Shown one piece after another: positions 51,502 to 64,000 of a stretch of DNA of 64,000 nt. Made by a program: the position numbers and the translations under genes. Source of the stretch: Trichinella spiralis. Lineage: Eukaryota. Location of the stretch: the NCBI RefSeq assembly GCF_000181795.1, contig NW_003526944.1:4316936-4380935 (forward strand). The letters run 5' to 3'. Each line of letters begins with the position of its first letter. The first letter of the stretch is position 1. The notes below the pieces were generated by a model that ran no database searches, was not told the DNA's origin, and worked only from the letters and a program-made list of their open reading frames with translations.

Positions 51502-53902
51502 GTTACCAGATAACTGACAAGAACAATGTTCTCACTTGTGCAAAATGAAAATTAAGTAAAATGGGATTACTGTGCATTTTTGTTTATTATTTTGATTATT
51601 ATAGTTGTTATTAGAAAATTCAGTTTATTACTTAAAAATATTTAAAACAGTTGTTATTTAGATGTATTTAATGTAAATTTTAATTGAAAGAATTTTTATA
51701 AATTTAAATAAAAATTTAAGTGGAATCCTACGCTTCAAACGATAATTTTAGACATTCGAATTTTATCTGACCTAAATTCCAGCTGCAACAGCTTGTTTAC
51801 TTTGCCGATATTTTGACTGATTTATCACAACAACTGTTGTTGTTTCTTTTGTAGCAAGGCAAGCAATACTTTTATTATTATTATTGTTACAATTATTGTT
51901 ACAATATCAAGAAAAAAATAACAACATATAACAAGTTCAGTTGCGTTTCAGTTCGTGGTAGAGAATAGTTGCTGTGATCATTTTTTCGCTCGTACTTTGC
52001 CTGTGTTTGATTTTATATTTAATATAATATACTCGAGATTATCATATACGAAAAGCGAGATTTTGTGAAATTCAGATCAAGCCGCGAAAGAAGACAGTTA
52101 GTTGTAGAACCTAATTGTCTATAATAAAGTGTAGTACGATTACCCTGCAAGTCTACTACAATTTATTAAATTATTAAAATACTGTCGTTTTTTGTAGATA
52201 GATTTTTATAAATGATGAGGAAAGTTTTATCGTAAATAGTGATTAATTAATCTTACAAAATTCTTGAGCTTAAAGCGCAATCTTATTATTCAATCTTGAT
52301 TTTTCTTTTTCGCCTACAAATCTGCGCAGACATGTATTCTGTCATTTTTCTGCCTTCGCTTCTGCCGCCTCGTGAAGAATAAAAGAAAAGTTAAATTTTA
52401 TTGTATAATTATTTTTTAATTATGAAATTAAACAGTTCCATTTAGATAAATACAACGGTAATGTGAGGTAGGCTTTTTACATAGTTAACTGCAGTGAACG
52501 TTTCTAAACGATTATTATCTTGTGTTATAGTTTTTAAAACTGTTCTTTACAAACATACATAAATAATTGTGTATCTATTTTATAGTAGTGATAAGACAGG
52601 AACAATGTTACATTTCGTTTATTTATGTTTATTAACCTGTTTCTTGTTTCAAAGTTTCAATGAAAATAACAATATCAGATCCTTCAAAGGCTCTGTTTTC
52701 GTCACTGATGGTTGATTTGTGGTTAATTTATTTATAGTAACGCCATTTTCGAATGGCTTCTTATGATTATTAATCTGTTCTTTTAGTCGATTATTATACA
52801 TATATAAAAAGACAGTTGAACAATCGGTCGAAGAAGAAATTTTATGATAATTCACAGAATCGGAAGTGACAAGCTAAGCGAAGTCACTAGCGCATCACAA
52901 CTTCCGCAGTGGTAGTCCAATCGTAGCATTTCAGCAACTGTTCAACGCAAATAAATCTTAGCTACACATCAGTGAGGATGTTTCAAGTTGAAAATTTGTT
53001 TGAAAAATTGGCAATCTGGGGCTATAATTTATTCACAGCGTTGCGTTTAAGCAGATGTTGTTTGACAACAAATTTACATATTCAAACTGAAAGCAAAAAT
53101 GAGATAAGACGAGATTACAATTTTAGTATTCAACAAAGCAAGAGGAGAAGATTTCCATTTTTTTGTGATGCACTTTTTTGAATTTTCTCTTCGGGGGGTA
53201 CGTGATCTTTCATTCCTGTTTGTTTTTTTCTGGGTAATGGCTGAAATTCCCATATTTGCGTGTAGTGGTGTAGCTTTTATTTTGTTGAAAAATATTGTTC
53301 AGCTTATGTGTGACTACGGGCAAATACGATGAAATAGTTCCCCGAGCCTGAGCCCGATCAATCAGTAATATTTTTGTCATATTGCATTTTTCTCAATTTT
53401 CCACTTTTTACCCATCTTTATATTGTTGCTTGTTGCATGTTTTGTGCTTTTGTTGTTATTATTAATAGTTTAAGGTCAAAAATTGCATGCAGTATTAGTA
53501 ATATAAAAAAAATCAGCCGTATCCATGGTTACAGAGACTGGATTTTCTTTTCTCCAATATAATATCAAACGGCAACACGACTTGACCTTTCGGCCAATAA
53601 GATGTTGACACGTTGTAAAGCTAAAGATATGAATAAGCCTGAGCGAATAAGACGCGTGTTATACTGGTTTTTATTCTTTCGTGAGATTTGGTTTCGCGCT
53701 TAAAATACAATATAGTAACAATGAAATCAAATGAAACTTGTGATAATTATACTGTTGTTTTGAATCAAGCATATTGAAAATATTTTAAAGTCCATGCGCA
53801 TCATTTACAGCTTATACTGTAATTGTCCGAACGGTGAACGTAAAGTTTGAATCGAAATTAATAATATTAATTCTAAAGTGGTTGCTTAGTTCATCTTCAG
53901 CA

Positions 53903-55349
53903 ATGACAAGTAAACTTTACCTGGTATGAATTTATCACTATAAATTGTTATTATTTTAATTCAATAAATATCAAATTTAGCCAAGTATAGGAATTGGCAT
54001 TGCCAGTGCTGTAGGCATGGGCGTGCTTTACACTCTTAATCATGTAGCTGAAGCCAGTTTTTTGCATTTACATGTGCCACGTTTGGACTGGCCGCACAAG
54101 GGCATTTTAAAGTCATACGATGCTGCTTCGTATGTTTATTTTAGCTTTTCACAATAATAATAATATATTATTTTGGGAAAGTTTGTTTTTATTATTTTGT
54201 AGTATACGCCGTGGCTATCAAGTTTACAAGCAAGTATGTTCTGCATGTCACAGCATGAAGCAGATTTCTTACAGACATTTTGTTAATGTCTTCATGACTG
54301 AAGAAGAGGCGAAGCGTGAAGCTTCTGAAGTGAGCAATTTGTTCTTTGGTGTTGTTTTTTTTGAAATGCTTCTCATTTTTGGGCATCTTGAAATTTTAGA
54401 TTGAAGTCATAGATGGACCAGGTGACGATGGAAAAATGTACACGAGGCCTGGTAAACTTATTGATTACTTGCCGCAGCCATATGCAAATGACGTTGTCGC
54501 TCGACTGGCGAATAACGGCGCTTTGCCTCCGGATCTTTCTCTGATCACATTGGCACGTCATGGCGGGGAGGTATTAAAATATTTTAATAACAAAATGAAG
54601 AAATGTTACTTTTAAATCTTTTTCATATTATTTTTATGTTTGAATTTTTAGGATTATTTGTTTATGCTTCTGACCGGCTACATGGATCCACCAGCCGGTT
54701 TTCCCATCGAATCTTATCAAGGATACAATCCGTATTTTCCGAATGGCGCATCAATTGCTATGACTCAGCAACTGTTTGATGATATGTTGGAATATGAAGA
54801 TGGTATGAATTTGTAGTTCATTTATAAGAATGCAGTTTTATTAGAAAATTAGATATTGGAAAATAAATTTCGCGTATTAAAAGTGATATTTATTTTTTTC
54901 GATTTTATTTTAATTTGAAATAAAAGAAACAGAATTGTAGAAAAGAATTGATAGTTTTTATTCTATTGTACATGATTTTGTTGTTCGATTTTAGGAACTC
55001 CGGCAACACAAAGTCAAATGGCAAAGGATGTAGCATGCTTTTTAAAATGGGCATCTGAACCAGAGCATGATATTCGAAAGCGTTGGGCATTAAAAGTGCG
55101 TTCAAAAATATATTTCATATTGCTTTAATATATTACAGATTTTTATTAATTTAAACACTAGTTATATTACGTTTTTTTTCTCATAATTATAAATGTCAGT
55201 GATAATCAGAAAGTTGTAAAATTTAGTTGATGGCCATAGCACCACTGATCACATCGATTATTTATTATTGGAAACGACATCAATGGACCTATTTGAAATC
55301 GAGAAAATTCGTATTCAAAGCACCTCGATCACCATCTTCCAATGAATAA
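53903..55349 (+). CDS. cyc-1: Cytochrome c1 (complex III); exons ~53903-53923 (5' end uncertain), 53981-54129, 54203-54329, 54400-54570, 54652-54802, 54995-55095, 55226-55349
   Basis: WPHKG…[18 protein letters not shown] heme motif, [39 protein letters not shown]…WASEPEHD and C-terminal [12 protein letters not shown]. Confidence 0.97.
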
Positions 55350-58223
55350 TTTTAGGTGATTATTAAAATATTGGTACAAAATTTGATTTACTTTCAAATA
55401 TATGGAGTGTGATTTATTTTTTTTCATTTGTAACAGATTAGCAATTTTTATAATTTCCATTTTTATAAGAGGATTGTATTATTTCTTTTTAGCAGCCTGG
55501 CGTGCAATGTGATATGAATTTGCAGTTTATGTTATCTTGTTTGTCTTCCTTTATGGTTCATTGCAGTAGTCAAATGAGGAATTTAAAATTAAATTTATAT
55601 GCATTGTAAATAATGGCTGCTTCTGTTGCACAATTCAATATCCCACCAAAGAAACCAAACTATACAATTAAGGTATGCATTATTTATTAAATATTTGATA
55701 AAAGTGAGATGGAGGAGGAAAAAGCTGCTGGTGGAATATATTTTATCCAGACAATAATTTATTAGTTGAATAAGTTGAATTGAACACGTCGACAATGAAT
55801 ATTGCTGATTAGTTGTAATTTATCATTTGTTATTTTGTTACTATAAAAAATAAAAGTGAACATGCACAAAGAACGTTGCAAAGTGCCAAAATAATTATTA
55901 GTTTGTTAAGGGAAAATAGAAACGAAATGGGCGAATTGGCAATTAACATTTTTGATAGCAGAATACTATCATTAAGATAATTTGCTGCAAAGTTTGCTTC
56001 GCTTATTTCCCAAGCATAAGCGAAATCAGACGAGTAATTCTTTTCAAATATGATGGGAGTGGATGGAAAAAAAAAGGCAATTTTACATTTGTAGCATTAA
56101 ATATAAAGTGTTAAATTAATATTTTTTACAATGTATTATGCTGAATTGCTGAAGCGAAAAATAGTTGATGAAAATGCAGCAACGAAGAAATTAGGCAAAA
56201 GCAGCAATTTGGATTATTTAAGTTGTTGCACTAGTTATCTACTGTGAAATGAATTGCAATGTGTAAAAAATAAAACTTATTTCAAACATAAATATGAATA
56301 ATAAACAGGAGCATATAAGTACAATGGCATATTGAATAGAACAATAATGTACATAAAAGTATACATGTTATTGATTGTTAATTGAAATGTTTATTTTGCA
56401 AAAAATGCTAAAGTTGTAAAATAGTAATTTTGAGTTTTAATGCTCAATTTATGTATTTACTTATACACCAGGAAATGAAAATAAAATCTGTCTTGTTTGT
56501 TTATTTATTGGTTTTTATATTGTGACTCATACGATGATTTTCTATCGATTCAGTAAATGGTGGATCGATTTTAATTTGAATAATTTCAGAAGTAATACCT
56601 TTTTTTTAAAAATGCATATCAATGTCAACATTATTCATCAATGAAATTTAATGTTTAAAGTTAAATAGTAAAGTGACTAATTAGAACGGCTAGTTGATGC
56701 TGGAAATTATGGAGTTTAATTTCTTTTATAAATTTTTCATTAAACTATTAGAAAAAAAAACATTTGTTGATTTTTTACACTTTGAAAATTACAGTAAGTA
56801 ATTATTGTACCTTTTTTCATTTTACAGAATAATAAGGTGAATTGATTTAATTTTTGTAAACAGGAAATTCAAAAACAATGTTATTCAGTAGAAAATTAAA
56901 GAAACAAAATTCCAAGGTGACACAAAACGGAAGGTAATAATAAAAATGATCAACCAGGAAGTTTGTGTTATTATTATTATTATTATTTGGTGATGATTAT
57001 TATTTTCCAAGTTGGTAAAAATTTCTACTAATAACTAATATGCATAGTTGTGACCGGTTTGAGCTGCTTTTCACGCTTTTCCTGTCCATTTGGACAGTGT
57101 TGTGGGAAATTAGCCGCGAGTTGATTGTGTGCGTTCTGTACCACCACGTATGCGTTGAAGCAATTTGCTCAACTATTACCATTGTTATATGTATATCCTT
57201 TACGTTTTTGGTTTTTCTTTTCTATTATTTCTTTTTTCTTTGCCATTCATCCATATCCGTTGATTTTAATTCTTCATGAAATTCTTCATCAATTCAAAAA
57301 TTATGCCCATTTATTATTTTGCACAATACAGTATTTTTATTATTTGGGTACAATTAACGCGCTCCCTTTGTCACGTCGCCGGTTACTGTTGGTTACCGGT
57401 TTGCTTGTCGGTAAACAGTCGTTTATAAAACGTACTTTTCCACACGCTTTTTCCATTCTCGACGTGAAATTTTCATAGTACTGTATTATTTTATGGTGAA
57501 TATTTTTGCTTTGGTGAAGAGTTTGAAAAAAAAAATATTTAACAGAGTGGTTTGTTTTTTTTTTCTTGATTATTAATTAACTACTCAATTATATATATAT
57601 ATTGTTTTATTAATATTGATATGAATTTTGCGGTTTACAGTTACAACATGAACAGCGTTCACCGTTATTTAGTTGTCAATTTGATCGTGCCAATAAACGA
57701 CCAGTTTTGCATTGAATAACCTGCAATTTGTATCGATGTTGCGTGTACAAACCGGCTTGCAGGCCGGCCGGCAATTTCAACTATGCAATTTATTGCTTTC
57801 ATTTCTCTTCACAGTTCGACAGCTTCACTTTAGTATCAGCTAGTTGGTGTCAGCTAGCTTATTTTTTTTTTCAAAATTTAAACATATTATTTATTATACG
57901 TTCAGTTTAATGGGCGGTGGTGGTGAGTTGTCGATCGATTGATATTTCGGAAGATATTATCATTTTGTATAGAAAAAACAAAAATTTATACAATGGAAAA
58001 TAATCCTCCTACGATGCGTGGATATTTGACATTGTTTGCATGTTTAATCAGAGCAGACATTATTCATTGTTTGTTCAGTTGAATCATGAATACAGGCGGC
58101 GGATGACGAATGAAAATAATAATTTATCATTGGCTATTATTTATTTTAATGTTCATTCAAATGTAATAGTTTCAGTTTTTTTGTTGTTGTTATTGGTGTC
58201 GAGTCGACCGGTTCGACTGAGCG

Positions 58224-61200
58224 ATGACATCGCGCTATTGGGGTGAAGAGAAGCAAGCCGACGTCCATTATGAAGTTTATCTGAAGAAAGTTTGCTATCA
58301 CAGTGACGGTCGTCATTGGAAAAGTAGCCATCAAAATGCCAAATTAACCAATTGTGCAGTTGCTAAATCACGACTGGTAATGTTATTGTTGTTGTTGTTG
58401 TTGTTGTTGAACATTTCAGACAATTATTATTTCTCGCATTAATTAATTAATTAATTTATTTATTTGTTAAGAATGTGCTCAGGTATAATTTGTTCAACGG
58501 TTGGACGGATCGTGATGTTGAGGACGATCGTCTGGAATGGGAAACGATCAAAATTCGCGTTATAAAAGCGGCCACATTGCAAAAATGGGTACTGGATATG
58601 GTGCTGATTGAAGACGACTGCGCTCGTGGATATCTTTTTGAATTGTTCTTTGAAACCTACCGCGCCGTTGCCACTCCCATGGACGTGCTGCGTATTATTC
58701 TTTCAGAGTAAACAAAATGGAACAGAAAAAAAATTTTTTTTTAATGATGAACCTAATTAAAATATTAAATCAACAACAAAAGTGATCAATTTTTGTTTGT
58801 ATTTTTTTTAGCTTGCAAACTTTGCTGAACGACAACGGCCGTGTACGACGTACGGCTCAGTGTCAGTGGAAATTTCAGTAAAATTTTTTTTTGTTTTTTT
58901 TGTTTTGTTTTGTGAAAGAGATTTTTCTTTTTTTTTTCGAATATTTTCTAGAACCTGGTGCACAGTTTTGAGACGTTGGTTGGGTCGTTATCCGGAAGAT
59001 TTCGACGAATATCCAAAATATACGTGTCTTGGTGAAATTGTGGAATTTTCACGGAAAAACAACGACGTTTTGGATTTGTTGGCGGAAAAAGCAACGACTA
59101 TGCGTAGTCAATTTACACGCCAAATTATGCTTCCAAAATGTACGAGTTGTTGTTGTTGTTGTTGTTTGGATTGAATTTAAATTTTTAAGCACAAAACAAA
59201 CAACTACTAATAATATCTATTGTTTAGTTTCATTTGTGCAAAATGGACTGCTTTCTGCTGACATGTTGGACTATGTTGGCAATTGTACCATGTCACGTCA
59301 TTTGGATCTAACCCACATGGATCCGCTTTACATTGCTGAACAATTGACCTGCATTGATGCGGTATTTTCTTGTTTGTTTGTTCTTGTTTTGAATTTTAAA
59401 TTTGCATATTGTTTCTATTCCCTTTTTAAGGATCTGTTCAAGCGGTTGATCTGCTATCAGTGTCAGAGTTACTTTTGGTCGCGTCGATTCAAATCGTCCT
59501 CGGCCGGCGACTGTGTCAACACCGTACGTGCCACAGTAGACCAGTTCAACGCTTTGGCCCGGCGCGTGATGGCGTCGGTCGTTTACAACATACACGAGAA
59601 AGCTTATTACCGGGCCAAAGTGATTTGCTGTTGGATACTGGTTGCTCAAGTTTGTTTGTTTGTTTGTTTGTTTTCTTTTATGGCATCGAGGTGGTATGCA
59701 AATTTCGTTTGGCTTTTCAAGGAATTGCGTTCGTTGAAAAATTTCAACTCACTCAAAGCGATCCTGTCCGCTTTGCAAAGCGAACCCGTCTACCGGCTGC
59801 GCAGCGCCTGGTCGCTCGTGTCCGCCGACGTGTTGGACTTTTTCCAACAGTTGTCGCGCGTGTTCGGCGAAGACGACAACAGCGCCGCCATTCGGAATTT
59901 GCTCGTCAAAGAGGGGACTTCGAAAACGGCCGTCGGCTTTGGCGCCAAAACCAGGCGAGTCAAATTGAAGCGCTACCGGCGAACCGCCAGTTGTGACATG
60001 GTACATGATTTTTGTTTTTTTCCACTGTTTGTTTATATGTTTGTTTGTTTGTTTGTCCCTAGCTCGAAGTTCGCGGAACTGTTCCTTATTTGGGTACGTT
60101 TTTGACTGATCTTAGTATGATCGACACGGCCTTTTCCGACTTTACTTCCGGTTTGTGAAATTCTTTTTTCATTTCATTTCATTTCCATTTTTTTCACATC
60201 ATTTCCACATGCAGAAGGTTTGATCAACGTCGACAAACGACGTCGTGAATATGATGTCATTGGTCAAGTGAAATTGATACAGAAAAATGTCAAATATTAC
60301 CGCATAAAAATGGATCCGAAATTTTGGGTTTGGTTTCGTGCACTGCCGGATTTGGACGAAAAGCTCTGGTATATATGTTAATTTGCTTTATGACAACAAA
60401 ATTAAAACAAAATCAATTTGCTACAATTTTTCAGCTACGATTTATCCTGTTGCATTGAGCCGACCAAAGACGAATGTTCAGTCAGTTGTTCGAAAATTTG
60501 CTCCCAGTAAATTGTTGTCGTTGTTAGTTTTGATATTATTTTTCATATTTTCTTTTCGCAGATTATTTTCCGAAGATGAATTTTCCAATTCGAGCTCCGG
60601 TTCGCCGAATCGCTTGGCCAGTCGCCGTCGTTGTAGCCAACTGTTGTCGGCTGTGAAGCTCCGCGAGCGGAGCATCTTCTACCAGCCGTTGAAGGACGAC
60701 ACTTCCACGGCTAACTCAGCTAATCACGGGTCGGGGGCTTCTTCTTCCAACAGTCAGCAGCAACGGTCGCCGGTCAACGCCGACTGCTACATCGTGCGGG
60801 TGACGTTGGAAAAGTCGCTCCAAGGTGACGTCAACTACGAGACGTTGTACAAATCGGTCAAGGTGGGCTCGGATTGCAATTTTGATTATTTTTTAATTTC
60901 AATTAATTCAATCGATTTATTTTTTTTTTGCTTTTAAGCTGGAAAATTCCGATCGTACCAGAGATTTGATCAAAAAAGCTTTGGCCAAGCACAACGTCAA
61001 CGCCAGCGCCGATCAATTCAGCATCGTTCAAATACTGCCTGACGGAAGTGAGCATTCGCAGCATATTATTGTTTTTTTTAATTTGCATAATTGTTTTTTT
61101 TCTTGGTTTTCAGAACAGCTTCAACTGCCGGAACAGGCGAACGCGTTCTACGCGGCGGCCAGTCGGATGGACAAGATGACGTTCATGTTGAAGAAGAAAG

Positions 61201-61295
61201 AACTCGGTTCCACTCCGTCTGTGCAACGGTCGGACAGTAGAATGTCCAGTTGTTTGTCCCGGTGGAGCAGTACGGGAACTTTGGCATTTGTTTGA
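58224..61295 (+). CDS. rgl-1: RalGDS-family Ral GEF (RGL-1-like) with REM, CDC25 and RA domains; many short introns
   Basis: MTSRYWGEE start; LEWETIKIRVIKAATL (REM); IAEQLTCIDA; ELRSLKNFNSLKAILSALQSEPVYRL; GTVPYLGTFLTDL; RA domain CYIVRVTLE…YKSVK…IKKALAKHNV; stop at 61293-61295. Confidence 0.92.
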
Positions 61296-63601
61296 TTTGT
61301 TTTTTTTGTTCTACCCCTCTCCCTCTCTGCCTGCCACTCTTTTTTTGTCGATTTGCATGCTCGAACACACGCACACGCACACACAGCTCGAAGTTGATCA
61401 TTTCAAATTTTCCACAATCCAATCCAATCAATCAACCAATCATTGTTTGAGAAAAAAAATTTTTTTACCCACTCTCTGACTCACTCACTCACTCATTCAT
61501 CCAGTCAGTCAGTCTTTATGCTTGGTGCATTTGTTTGTTTGTTTGTTTGTTTGTTTGTCTGTTTGTTCGTTCGTTCGTTTGCTCATCTCGTCTGTGCTTG
61601 GTTCAACAGCGCCGCTGATCACGACGACGTTCTGTTTCTGTTTCAAGCTTCAAAAAGTAGCCAATTCTTCTCTTCTCAAGCGTTCATCTGTTTCTATTCA
61701 CCTTCATCATTATCATCTTCTTCAATTTTCCCCTTTTATTTAAATGAAAAGAATTATCTTCCCCAAAAAGAAGAAAAAAACCCAAATTCAAAAATATTGA
61801 ATAAAAATGACAGAAATGTGTTTTAAAAATGGATTGATCGATTGTTTGTTTGTTGCAGGAAAAGTTTTCATTTGTGTTGCGAGCATTTTCATTGAGCACG
61901 CCCAAATGAAGCATTAGTTGTTTGGGTAAGCTTTCATTTGTTCACTAGTTGCTGAAATCACTTCAACTTACCCATTTATTTATTATACCTCTGTGAGTAT
62001 TATGTTTCTTTTCACGAAGCATTTTACCGGCACGTAATATATATGGGATGAAAAAAAAACAGGTGGAATCACCGGGAAATGAATTTTAATTGTTCTCAAC
62101 AAAAAAAAGAAGAAAATGATTCACAACACACTGTGGCAATTGTTAATCTCTGTCTGATGTATTTCGTGATGCTCATCGTCAAATGATGAAGCGGGTGAAA
62201 TTCATCGGCAGCTCGCTTGCTTGCTTCAACAGCCGCCGCCGCCGTTGCTTTGTTCCACAATGATGCTTTCATTGGGAATTTCAAGCCAGCATTCTTCAAC
62301 ACGCAAACATCGTCGATTTGCCTACGAATTTGCCGCCGAGCAGATTTTCACTTTCACTAGTAATCTGCCTGCTGGCGTGCCAGCCAGCCACAATCATCAA
62401 CAACATTAAATTAAATGAACAACAACAACAACAACAATAGTAGTGTCTGGCATGTATGCATATATCTCAATACTTGTATCGACATGTCGACTGTTCAGAT
62501 GATACTTTGGTGAGATGATCTTCTTCCTCACTTCCAAGTCATTTATTTATCCCTCTTCTTATTTGAATTCAATTTATTCTTTTTTGCTTTTTCTTTGATC
62601 TTTCAAATAATCCCTATTCTATACATACCTGTCGTGTAATACAACTGTAAGTGAATATTTTTTACTTTCTCCATTTCTTTATTTAGGAAATTTTTTTGAA
62701 TATTCCACCTACATACTTATTCATTATCATTTTGGCAAGCTGTTCTTCCTCTACTCTTCTTTTTTTTTCAAAACTCACTTGCAACAACAGGTTCCGTATT
62801 ATTCATCACTCTTCACACAAATCAAACATATTTAATTTTTAACACGTTAAAAATTTTTCTCATAATTTCTTCTTCTTCTTCTTAAAAATTTTATTTATTT
62901 GATTATTATTCCACGTTTGTGGTAACTTCTGTGAATATTGAATTACTTAAAAGTCATAATTACATTTTGCCTAAATTGTACCTTTATTTTATTTCAACAT
63001 TTACAGTATAATGATAGAATTAATAAATGCAAATATATTTGCTTGTTGTTATTATCGTGAAGTGATCATAATCTTTGCGCTGGATGAAGTGAGATGAAAT
63101 TTTCATTTGCACTGCTTCCAAAATTCTGTTTGTATATTTGTCGCAAACAAAAATCCAGCATTGTCTGACGTATAAATATGTATCAAAAGAATAAAATGCA
63201 GATTTTTCAAACGCTGAAAGTTTCACTAAAAATAAGCGAAATAAAAATATATGCGTCACCGTTTTCCATCGCAGATGTATTTTTCGAACGTTCAATTATC
63301 AAGCGTATTGAATCATCTATTTCAAAAACTGCAAAAATAGTTTAATGATAACATCGACGTTGGTGAGTATTTTTTCTTTTCACATTCAAGTAGAACAAGC
63401 AATTCAACAATATGTGGCGAAGAATCGTTGAACGTGCGCCTTGCATCAACGCATTTTCGAGCAGCATTGAAATAATATATTATAATATGATGTAATGTAA
63501 TTTAATGGGATTGTCGATTTTTAGACGACGACTTTTGGCTAATCAAGCCTGAGAAACTCGAGCGAACGAGCGATATTTTCGAATAAAAGTTCCAATAAAG
63601 C

Positions 63602-64000
63602 ATGCTTCGTCGAAGCTACAGCTTTCAACAGACACGACCCGCGTTTCAGCGGTCGCGGTCATTGTCCATTTCACGTTCCTCATCGTTTGTGGTCAACGCG
63701 CCGTATACAATGTCCCACAGCGATTCGACCGTTTTCAATCGCACATCGCGCAGCTATTTACCATTCAGCACGTACAAGCCCTTTGTTGCGCCCGTCTACG
63801 GTGTCGTCCACAGGGCACCGAGATATTCAGATCGTTATCCGCACGTACGTTACAGCGGATACGGAGAGGAAACTCCAGGTTGGTGATAATTCAAAATAAC
63901 ACAACATATCAACATTACTATTATGATTTTCTTTTTATACTTCTTCTACATCTTCTTATTCATAACCTTCAGGATTGAACATTATCAACTATACAAGCAC
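63602..64000 (+). CDS. 5' part of an S/R/Y-rich nematode protein (…RYSDRYPHVRYSGYG…), continuing beyond the window
   Basis: GC-richer ORF from ATG 63602, donor CAG|GTTGGT at ~63879 and acceptor TTCAG at ~63973 with an in-frame continuation (GLNIINYTS). Confidence 0.75.

Noticed and set aside
52464..52486. let-7-like sequence TGAGGTAGGCTTTTTACATAGTT
   Set aside because: The seed and 3' end match, but there is no proper star arm or loop; it also reads as a GAG|GTAGGC splice-donor-like site.
59308..60006. Overlapping and antisense ORFs within rgl-1 (likewise 42780-43220 and 48473-48793)
   Set aside because: Shadow frames of GC-rich coding exons.

Overview
AT-rich eukaryotic DNA with short GT-AG introns and three N gaps. 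Gene content points to a nematode, and I infer a clade I, Trichinella-like worm. The window has two halves. From 1 to ~33 kb it is gene-poor and rearranged: a shuffled inverted segmental duplication (~740-9750 vs ~27290-31210), a near-identical 2.8-kb tandem copy across a gap, a degenerate ~1.3-kb array (19.2-26 kb), decayed hAT and Ty3/Gypsy elements, a GC-rich, heavily hairpinned island at 12.3-12.95 kb, and an isolated coding exon at 414-672. From ~39 to 64 kb it carries spliced genes: an ODR-2/HOT-like Ly6 protein, a TTC19/DDL-3-like TPR protein, pyruvate dehydrogenase E2, a LITAF protein, cytochrome c1, a RalGDS/RGL-1-like GEF and the start of an S/R/Y-rich protein. The best candidate for something undescribed is an 11-copy cassette: conserved box, hypervariable but usually hairpin-forming insert, conserved box, then a 33-nt stem-loop with a compensatory base change. 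It resembles a small structured-RNA gene family. All calls come from reading the sequence by eye; no searches or folding programs were run.
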